From the NCBI GenBank assembly GCA_028700115.1, contig JAQVTI010000004.1, forward strand, positions 1 through 32,000: a DNA stretch of 32,000 bases. The letters are read 5' to 3'. The translations under genes and the position numbers were made by a program. The notes beneath the pieces are model-generated. The model did no database searches. It had not been told where the DNA came from and saw nothing but the letters and a program-made list of their open reading frames with translations. Below, piece by piece: positions 9,547-17,197 of this stretch (within the stretch, counting starts at the first letter, position 1; each line of letters opens with the position of its first letter). The stretch is from Candidatus Iainarchaeum sp. GTDB lineage: Archaea > Iainarchaeota > Iainarchaeia > Iainarchaeales > CSSED10-239.

Positions 9547-9975
9547 ATGAATAATAAAATTTCTGGAGATCAAGGCGAAATTGATATAGTTAATTTAGTT
9601 CCTTGTCCTAATTGTGGAAAAAAACTTATGTTATTACCTAAAAATTATCCTTTATTTGATTTACAATGTACAGGATGTTCTTTTAGAGTACAAGTTAAGA
9701 CAAATAATTCTAAACCTAAATCTGAAATATTTGGTGCTGGGTGGGAAATAATGAATAAAGTTTTAAAATCAGGATATATGGTTCCTCCTTTAATTGTTAA
9801 TTTTAAATGGAAAGAAAAAGATGTATTTCATCAAAAAATTGTATTTTATCCATTTGTGCCTAAATCAAATATTAAAAAATACCAATTGTCTCCTACTGCA
9901 AGAAGAGCAAATTATAAAATGTTTAGATATACTAAATTAGATAAATTGCCTTGTTTTGTATTATTTGAAAAATAA
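9547..9975 (+). CDS. Zinc-ribbon PD-(D/E)XK nuclease resembling the DpnI / Dam-replacing family catalytic domain
   Basis: CPNCG...PLFDLQCTGCSFRVQVK: four Cys of a zinc ribbon interleaved with D-x10-Q-x-K, plus a downstream LSPTARRANYKMFRY segment. Track start TTG 9541; ATG at 9547 is 2 nt after the preceding stop. Confidence 0.6.
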   Translation: MNNKISGDQGEIDIVNLVPCPNCGKKLMLLPKNYPLFDLQCTGCSFRVQVKTNNSKPKSEIFGAGWEIMNKVLKSGYMVPPLIVNFKWKEKDVFHQKIVFYPFVPKSNIKKYQLSPTARRANYKMFRYTKLDKLPCFVLFEK

Positions 9976-9992
9976 ATTTTTAGATTATTTGA

Positions 9993-10886
9993 TCATTCTG
10001 TATTTATAAATTTTTCAATTCTTTGAGGACATCTAATTAATTTATTCCATTCTTTTGCAATTTCTGAAAAATGTTTGCTAAATTCTTTTTTAAAATTAAA
10101 ATTATCTTCTGTTAGATTTAAAAATATTTGTTTTAAAAAATCAAAACTATATTTAAATTCATTTAAAAATTGATCTAATTTATATTGATTTAAATCTCCT
10201 TTTAGATATATACTATCATCAAATTCATCATAATATATATTTGCATGTGCTATTGCATTTCTATATTCTTTACGTCTGAAAAAATTTTCATCTTTATCTT
10301 TACAATAATTTTGTTTTATAGAAAATTCTGTTAGTTTTTGTGGTGTTAGATGATTTCCTTTATTTAGTTCTTTATAATATTTTTCTATATAATCTTGATT
10401 TTCATTTTTTTTAGATTCTGCAATTATAAGATATATTTCTGCTATTAAACTAATAATCATTTCGTATGTTGTTAAATAATAATAAAAATATTGATTTATT
10501 TTTAAAGATTTTGATAAATTTTTATTTTTGTTTATATCTTCTATGGATTTATTTAATTGTATAAAATTCCCTAAATTTTCAATAATAAATTTTGATTTAT
10601 TTATTTTTTTAAGATCTTTACATATTTTATTTATTAAATTTATATCTTCTTCTTTTAAATTAATTGAATCTTTTGTTAAATCATCTTTTAATGTTTGATA
10701 ATTAATATTTATATATTTGTCACAATATATTTTATAAAAATTATATATTCCTAATACATTTCTAGTTTCTAATAATTCATTTAGTTTTTTAACTCCTGGA
10801 TGTGTTAATAATTCTCTAGGAATATGTGTTCTTTTAATAAATTCAATTTTATTAATACATTTACTTATATTTTTTATGTTTTCCAT
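9993..10886 (-). CDS. Putative HEPN-like domain protein
   Basis: All-helical protein with RNAIAH (R-x4-H) in context EYRNAIAHANIYYDE at 10246-10262 on the minus strand. Track start at 10943; internal Met at 10886 (MENIKNISK) is the likelier start. Confidence 0.5.
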   Translation of the reverse strand: MENIKNISKCINKIEFIKRTHIPRELLTHPGVKKLNELLETRNVLGIYNFYKIYCDKYININYQTLKDDLTKDSINLKEEDINLINKICKDLKKINKSKFIIENLGNFIQLNKSIEDINKNKNLSKSLKINQYFYYYLTTYEMIISLIAEIYLIIAESKKNENQDYIEKYYKELNKGNHLTPQKLTEFSIKQNYCKDKDENFFRRKEYRNAIAHANIYYDEFDDSIYLKGDLNQYKLDQFLNEFKYSFDFLKQIFLNLTEDNFNFKKEFSKHFSEIAKEWNKLIRCPQRIEKFINTE

Positions 10887-10942
10887 ATTATTATTTGTGT
10901 GTATGATATTTAAATAAACTATTATTTTAATTAAAAATAACA

Positions 10943-10987
10943 CCTAAAAAACTACTTTATATATATTTTGGTTTATTATTTTATTAT
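10943..10987. repeat. 45-bp direct repeat, copy 1
   Basis: CCTAAAAAACTACTTTATATATATTTTGGTTTATTATTTTATTAT; identical to 12684-12728. Confidence 0.95.
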
Positions 10988-11009
10988 TGATTTAAATTAA
11001 ATAAGTGTT

Positions 11010-12677
11010 ATGAATAAAAAAATAATTTTTATAATATTATTTCTATTTATTGTATTTAATAATGTGGTTTTTTCAGAAAGGGATTTAAATTGTCAATATC
11101 AACATAATATTTTAATTAATTCAAATAAAGAAATTGTCCCTGTTTCTGTAGAAAATGATCAAGAGATTAATTATATAACTTATGAAATTTTAAATGGAAA
11201 TCAAGCCCCTATATTATTTAATAATCTTAATGATTTTAATGTGTGTATTTCCTTTAAAGTTAGAATATATGTTGATGATAGATTTATGGCAAGTGATTAT
11301 GATGAATCTGATAGAGAAATTTGTTTGTTGCCAGGTATTAATACTTATGATTTTTCACATTGGGCTGTTTTTTCTGAATCTAAATATGTGGAAGTATCTA
11401 ATTTAATTTATATAGAAAATGATTTTGTTCATTTTAAATCTATAGATAAAAATGAATATCAAACTGTATGTGATTTATGTTTAGATAAAGTTTGTTTAAA
11501 TGATGGATTTAATTGTTCTAATAATAATGAATGTGGTTCTGGATTTTGTGTACAAGGAATTTGTTCTAATATGGTAGATGGTAATTGTTATAATAATAAT
11601 TGTAATTGTTCTGAAAATGAAATTCAATTTAAAAATAAAATGTGTGTTTTAAAACATTCTGTAGAAAATGGTTCTATACCTATAACTGGACAAAAAGAAG
11701 AATGTATTTCTAATTATATTGATAATAATATTTGTGTAGTTCCTATTGGGGGTAATTGTAATTCTGATATAGATTGTGGTGATAATTATTGTGTAAGAAA
11801 TATCTGTAATTCTACTTTTGATTCATGTTATAAAAATGATTGTAATTGTTTGAATAATGAATTTCAATATAAAAATAAATGTATTCAAAAATATACTCTT
11901 GAAAATGGTTTTTATCCAGAAACTAATAACCCTTTAGAATGTATTTCTGGGAATATAAATCCTGAAACTGGGTTGTGTGATTTGAATGAATTTGATAAAT
12001 TAAAAAAAAGAAATAATACTTTAATATTGATTATTTTTATAATTTTAATTTTATTTATTTTTTATTTTATTTACTCTAAAAAGAATAAATTTAATTTATT
12101 AAAAGAAAAAAATAAGGGTAAGGAAATTGATTTTAATATAGAAAAAGAAAAAACTAATAGACTTGAAAAAGAAATTCAAAAAATTAATAGAACTATAGAG
12201 TTTAATATTAATGAAGAAAATAAACTTAATAAAAAAATTAAAAAAATTAAATCTAAAAAGAATAAAACAAAAAAAGAAGAATTAGAATTAAAAAAACATA
12301 TTTATAGTTATGAAAAATTAAATAAACATCTTTCTGATTTGAACCAAGATTTATTAAAAAAGAAAGAGTGTCTAAAAGCTGAAAGAAATAAAATTTATAA
12401 AAATGTATATGGTTGGGATGTTAAAATTAATGATTATGGTTATGAAATATTTGTAAATAGTAGACAATTAGTACATCTTTATGTTTATCGTAAATATATT
12501 GGAGATATAAAACCTAATTGTGAAATACATCATATTGATGGTAACAAATTAAATAATAATAAAAATAATTTAATTCAATTAACAAAATCACAACATAAAT
12601 TAATTTCTCATAGATGTATAAAAGATAGGGCTAGTGGTATTAAAGAATTAAAAAGAATAGGTGTAGTCATAGATTAA
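11010..12677 (+). CDS. Membrane-anchored protein: signal peptide, extracellular Cys-rich repeats, single TM, cytoplasmic coiled coil, C-terminal HNH endonuclease domain
   Basis: MNKKIIFIILFLFIVFNNVVFS signal; duplicated Cys modules; TM TLILIIFIILILFIFYFIYSKK; HNH_3-type CEIHHIDGNKLNNNKNNLIQLTKSQHKLISH at the C-terminus. Confidence 0.8.
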   Translation: MNKKIIFIILFLFIVFNNVVFSERDLNCQYQHNILINSNKEIVPVSVENDQEINYITYEILNGNQAPILFNNLNDFNVCISFKVRIYVDDRFMASDYDESDREICLLPGINTYDFSHWAVFSESKYVEVSNLIYIENDFVHFKSIDKNEYQTVCDLCLDKVCLNDGFNCSNNNECGSGFCVQGICSNMVDGNCYNNNCNCSENEIQFKNKMCVLKHSVENGSIPITGQKEECISNYIDNNICVVPIGGNCNSDIDCGDNYCVRNICNSTFDSCYKNDCNCLNNEFQYKNKCIQKYTLENGFYPETNNPLECISGNINPETGLCDLNEFDKLKKRNNTLILIIFIILILFIFYFIYSKKNKFNLLKEKNKGKEIDFNIEKEKTNRLEKEIQKINRTIEFNINEENKLNKKIKKIKSKKNKTKKEELELKKHIYSYEKLNKHLSDLNQDLLKKKECLKAERNKIYKNVYGWDVKINDYGYEIFVNSRQLVHLYVYRKYIGDIKPNCEIHHIDGNKLNNNKNNLIQLTKSQHKLISHRCIKDRASGIKELKRIGVVID

Positions 12678-12683
12678 TTTTCC

Positions 12684-12728
12684 CCTAAAAAACTACTTTA
12701 TATATATTTTGGTTTATTATTTTATTAT
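12684..12728. repeat. 45-bp direct repeat, copy 2
   Basis: Exact match to 10943-10987; lies upstream of smc. Confidence 0.95.
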
Positions 12729-12810
12729 ATTATTTATGTTTATATATTATATATAAATATATTATATTTTGATTAATATTTATAAAAAAAGACTAAAACT
12801 TAGAGAAAAC

Positions 12811-15800
12811 ATGCAACTTAAAGAATTAATTATAAAAAACTTTAAATCATTTGACTATACTAAAATTCCTTTCAAAAAAGGACTACATATTGTAGTTGGA
12901 CCAAATGGATCTGGAAAAAGTAATATAGTTGATGCACTACTTTTTGTGTTCGGTTCTACTTCTCTTAAAAGACTTAGAGTAGATAAACTAACAAATCTAA
13001 TAAATCATAACACAAAAGCAAACACAGCTAAAGTTAGAGCTGTTATGATTGATGATTTAGGAAATGAAATAGAAATTTCAAGAGAAATTGATAAAGAAGG
13101 AAAATCTATCTTTTCTCTAAATGATAAAAAAAAAGCTTTACATGAAATTACATCTTATCTAAATGATCTAGGAATAGACACAGATGGATATAATACAGTT
13201 CAACAAGGAGATGTAATTAAAATAATAAATCTAAAACCAGAAGAGAGAAGAGGAATAATTGATGATGTTTCTGGAATTTCTTTATTTGATGCAAGAAAAA
13301 AAGAAGCAGAAACAAATCTAAAAAAAGTATCTGAAAAGCTTTCAAAAGTAAGTATTGCTTTAAATGAAAGAAAGCCATATGTTGAACAATTAAAAGAAGA
13401 AAAAGAAAATGCTTTAAGATTTAAAGAACTTGATTTATTAGAGAAAAAATATAATTATAATCTATATTCTAAACAAATTGCTTTTCTAGAAAAAGAAAAT
13501 GATGAATATTCTATAGATTTAGAAGAAAAACAAGAAAAATCAAACAATCTAATAACAGAAAAGCAAGAAGTTATAAAAACACAAAAAGATCTAGAAGCTA
13601 AACTTGAAGGAATAAATCAAGAACTAATAAATCATTCTGAAAAAGTACAATCTACATATGGAAGTAAGCTTTCTGAAGTTTCTGCAAATAAAGAAATATA
13701 TGTAAATAATATTAATATTAATACAGATAATCTTAACTATTTAAAACAAGAAAACATAAGATCAACTTCTGTTTTAAATGAATCTAAAAAAGAACTTGAA
13801 AATTTAGAAGTTATTCTAAAAAACATAAGCTCAAAGGTTGTAGATAAGTCGCAAATAAGAGACTCTATTAAATCTAAGCTACTAGAGAGTCAAAAAGAGT
13901 ATGATAAAGTAAAATCTTTACAAGAAGAGCTATATGAAAAGCTTTCTGAGTATAATAAAGATATTAACTCTAAGCAAGATAAGTATTTTGAAGTAAAAAG
14001 CAGAATAAACTCTTATAATCTACAAAAAGAAACATTAGAGAATAAAGATAAAGAACAAGAAGTTCTTAAAAAAAATCTAGATACTAAAAAAGTTACCTTA
14101 GAAAAAGATATTTCTTCTCTAGAAAAAGATATTTCTTCTCTTGAAAAAGAGTTTGAAAAAGTTAAATATGATATTTCTTCTCTAAAGGAAGAAAAGGAAG
14201 AACTTTCTGAAAAATATAATCTAAAAAGAATAGATTTGTCTTCTTTGAAAAAAAATCTATCCTCATCTATTAATCTAGAAAAGAAAAGAGATGAGCTTTC
14301 TTTACAATTAAAAGATTTTAATACATTTAATGGTTTTTTAGATGAAATCATATCATTAAATGAATCTGAGAGATCATATTTCTCTTCATATGTTGTTTTA
14401 GAAAATGATTCTGAGATTTCAAAAATTATAAAAAAAATAGACTATAATCTATCTTTTGTAGTTTTATCTGTTTTAGGTATAAAAAAAGGAGATTTGTCTT
14501 CATATTTTAAAAATTTACATACTTCAAAAACAAAAGCAAAAACAAGTATAAAAGACTTTTATTTTGATGGATTTAGTTTTAAGAAAATATCTTTTAAAGA
14601 CTCAAAGAAACTAGAACAAGAGATTTCTTCAATTGAAAAAGATATTGAAAAAATATCAATTAATCTAAATAAGATAGAAGAAAGAAATAACTTATTAGAT
14701 GAAAAATACTCAGAAATAGATAACTCTCTAAGATCTAAGAAGATATCTTATAACACACAAAAAGAAATTTTAAAAGATGTTTTAGAGAAATCTTCAGATA
14801 TCTCTTTAAATAAAAATATTAAACTAAGTAAAGATATTACATTAAATCTTGGACAACTATCTAAAGAACTAGAAACTCTAGAAAAAGAACTAACTTCACA
14901 AAAAACTCTAAAAGAAGAACTTGAAGAAAAACTAAAGTCTATTAATTTATCAAATCATGATTCTCTAAGAGATGAATATGATGATATTGTTTCAGAGATA
15001 AACACTTTAGAGCAATCATTAATCTCAAAGTCTTCAGATAAGAAAATCTTACTTGAAAAAATAGAAAGTAAGGATAAATATATTTTATCTAATTTAGATA
15101 AAATAAAGTCTCTAGAGCAAAAGATAAATGATCTAAATGATAAAAAACAAGAAATAGATAATGAAGTTATAAAAATAAACGAACTTATAAGAAAAGAAGA
15201 TGAAAAGAAAGGAAATCTAGTTACACAAAAACAAGATATTTCAATTAAAATAAATGAACTTTCTCAAAAAGAGAGAAGTTTTGATTCTTTAGTTTCTGAA
15301 ATTAATCTTTCTATTAACAATATAAGAATAATGATGTCTACAAATGATAATAAAATAACACAATTTAGACAAAATTTAGAGTTTTTAGATATTAAACAAT
15401 CTGAAAAGGAAGATCTAGATCTTTCTTTAGAAGAAATAAACACAGAAATAAGAAGATTAAGAAGAGAGAAAAACTCTCTAGGAAACATAAATTTCAATGC
15501 AATCTCTTCATATGATAAGCTAGCAAAAGAATTTGATGAGATTTCAGAAAAAGCAGAGATCTTAGAAAAAGAAAAAGAACAAGTAATCTCTATGCTTTCA
15601 GAAATAAATATGAAGAAAAAGACAGTTTTTATGGATTGTTTTGAAAAAATAAGTAAAGAGTTTAAAAATAATATTAAGAAAATGTCTAAACTTTTATCAG
15701 GTAGCCTAACTTTAGAAGGAAATGATATATTAACTTCAAAGCTTATGATAAATCTTACAAAAAATGGAAAAACAAAAGATATAGATATAATGTCAGGTGG

Positions 15801-16059
15801 AGAAAAAACAATAACTGCTCTAGCATTTATTTTCTCTCTTCATACATATAAAAAGTCTCCTTTTTATATCTTAGATGAAGTAGATGCTGCCTTAGATGAT
15901 TATAATGCTTTAAGTCTTTTAAGCTTTATAAAAGAACTATCAAAAGATACAACTATTCTTTCAGTTTCTCACAATGGAACAGTAGTTTCTGGAGCTGATC
16001 AAATAATAGGTGTTACTCTAAAGGATAACACAACTGTAATTGGTCTAAATTTAAAGTGA
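12811..16059 (+). CDS. smc: Chromosome segregation protein SMC
   Basis: Walker A VGPNGSGKSNIVDALLF, long coiled coils, signature MSGGEKTITALAF, Walker B FYILDEVDAALDD. Track begins at TTG 12769; ATG 12811 (MQLKELIIKNFKSF) fits SMC starts. Confidence 0.95.
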   Translation: MQLKELIIKNFKSFDYTKIPFKKGLHIVVGPNGSGKSNIVDALLFVFGSTSLKRLRVDKLTNLINHNTKANTAKVRAVMIDDLGNEIEISREIDKEGKSIFSLNDKKKALHEITSYLNDLGIDTDGYNTVQQGDVIKIINLKPEERRGIIDDVSGISLFDARKKEAETNLKKVSEKLSKVSIALNERKPYVEQLKEEKENALRFKELDLLEKKYNYNLYSKQIAFLEKENDEYSIDLEEKQEKSNNLITEKQEVIKTQKDLEAKLEGINQELINHSEKVQSTYGSKLSEVSANKEIYVNNININTDNLNYLKQENIRSTSVLNESKKELENLEVILKNISSKVVDKSQIRDSIKSKLLESQKEYDKVKSLQEELYEKLSEYNKDINSKQDKYFEVKSRINSYNLQKETLENKDKEQEVLKKNLDTKKVTLEKDISSLEKDISSLEKEFEKVKYDISSLKEEKEELSEKYNLKRIDLSSLKKNLSSSINLEKKRDELSLQLKDFNTFNGFLDEIISLNESERSYFSSYVVLENDSEISKIIKKIDYNLSFVVLSVLGIKKGDLSSYFKNLHTSKTKAKTSIKDFYFDGFSFKKISFKDSKKLEQEISSIEKDIEKISINLNKIEERNNLLDEKYSEIDNSLRSKKISYNTQKEILKDVLEKSSDISLNKNIKLSKDITLNLGQLSKELETLEKELTSQKTLKEELEEKLKSINLSNHDSLRDEYDDIVSEINTLEQSLISKSSDKKILLEKIESKDKYILSNLDKIKSLEQKINDLNDKKQEIDNEVIKINELIRKEDEKKGNLVTQKQDISIKINELSQKERSFDSLVSEINLSINNIRIMMSTNDNKITQFRQNLEFLDIKQSEKEDLDLSLEEINTEIRRLRREKNSLGNINFNAISSYDKLAKEFDEISEKAEILEKEKEQVISMLSEINMKKKTVFMDCFEKISKEFKNNIKKMSKLLSGSLTLEGNDILTSKLMINLTKNGKTKDIDIMSGGEKTITALAFIFSLHTYKKSPFYILDEVDAALDDYNALSLLSFIKELSKDTTILSVSHNGTVVSGADQIIGVTLKDNTTVIGLNLK

Positions 16060-16100
16060 ATTTAGGCTATTTTTATTAATTTTAAACAAAATATGTAGTA

Positions 16101-16142
16101 TATAAACCTTATCATTAACTTTGTCATTGGAAAAGGTTTATA
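16101..16142. promoter_or_regulatory. 10-bp perfect inverted repeat TATAAACCTT...AAGGTTTATA with TATA-box-like arms
   Basis: 16101-16110 and 16133-16142 are reverse complements; AT-rich TTTATAAA element precedes the 16311 gene. Confidence 0.6.
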
Positions 16143-16194
16143 AACTTACTTCTTCTTAATATATTTACAAAATAACCTTAACAAGTTAATAAGT

Positions 16195-16224
16195 TAATCT
16201 TGTAAATCCCCACTTACGAGATTA
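16195..16224 (+). other. Predicted hairpin in 5' leader of the 16311 gene
   Basis: TAATCTTGTAA - ATCCCCAC - TTACGAGATTA: 11-bp stem with one G-U pair and an 8-nt loop containing CCCC. Confidence 0.55.
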
Positions 16225-16310
16225 TCTTTTCTCCCTTTTACATTTAAATTCAATTCGGGTTTATTTGATTAGTATGGAGTTTAACAAAAAGGTTTTTTTG
16301 AGGAAAAAAT

Positions 16311-17174
16311 ATGAATATGAGAAATATAAAAAAATTAATGGTTTTTTTAGTTTTTATATTAGCATGTATATTTTCAACAGTTAGTTTTTCAAGTTACATT
16401 CAAGCAAGTGGACTAGACATATACTTTCCAGAAGCAATAACTTTAGAAAATACAGCTATCACTCTAGATTTTGATATTGTAAACACTACAAATTTTACAC
16501 AAGAGTATGAATTTAATGCTTACACTTCCCCTTTTCTGTCAGAAATTAACCCATCAAGTGTAATTTTACAACCAAATGCTTCTCAAACAATTAAGTTTAC
16601 AATAAATCCTATTATTAACTCTTTAAAGAATGTATATTTCTCAAGTTTTGAAATCTCAACTGAAAATTCTAAAAAGATATATTCTTTTAGAATAGTTCAA
16701 AACGATAATAGGGTATGTAACATAAACCTAGATTATAACATAAGTTATGATTCAAACTCAGATCTTTATAATCTAGACATTATCTTAGATAACAATTATC
16801 CACAAACATCTCAAATTAAACTAAAATCTTTAACAGATTCTACAAATTTTAAAGAAAACACATATGATGTGGATAATTCATTAGTTCTAAATTATAAAAT
16901 AGATAGTGATAAAGAAAAAACAGATTTAATCTATGTATGTAATAATAAAGAATATTTAGAACAAATTAAATTAATTGAAAAAAACAAACCAAAAGAATCT
17001 CTAGAAGTTGTAAAATATCTTTCAGGTTATTTTTCTTTTTCAAAGATTAAGAACTTTTTCAATTCTTTAGGTTTTAAGATCTTTTTAATAATCATCTTAA
17101 TATTTTTAGTAATTTCATTTACTGCAAAATATGTAAGATATATCTACTTTAAAAAACATAAAGGAGATTTATAA
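16311..17174 (+). CDS. Secreted/membrane beta-sandwich protein with signal peptide and C-terminal TM
   Basis: Signal-like VFLVFILACIFSTVSFSSYIQA; Ig-like repeats rich in Asn-X-Ser/Thr; C-terminal TM IFLIIILIFLVISFTAKYVRYIYF. Confidence 0.75.
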   Translation: MNMRNIKKLMVFLVFILACIFSTVSFSSYIQASGLDIYFPEAITLENTAITLDFDIVNTTNFTQEYEFNAYTSPFLSEINPSSVILQPNASQTIKFTINPIINSLKNVYFSSFEISTENSKKIYSFRIVQNDNRVCNINLDYNISYDSNSDLYNLDIILDNNYPQTSQIKLKSLTDSTNFKENTYDVDNSLVLNYKIDSDKEKTDLIYVCNNKEYLEQIKLIEKNKPKESLEVVKYLSGYFSFSKIKNFFNSLGFKIFLIIILIFLVISFTAKYVRYIYFKKHKGDL

Positions 17175-17197
17175 TTATAAATTTAAATGTGATTTGT

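Noticed and set aside
11194-11406. Plus-strand 70-aa ORF in an alternative frame
   Set aside because: Lies entirely within the well-supported HNH membrane protein gene.
14013-15497. Minus-strand ORFs 14013..14351 and 15264..15497
   Set aside because: Ser/Phe-rich mirror translation of SMC coiled coil.
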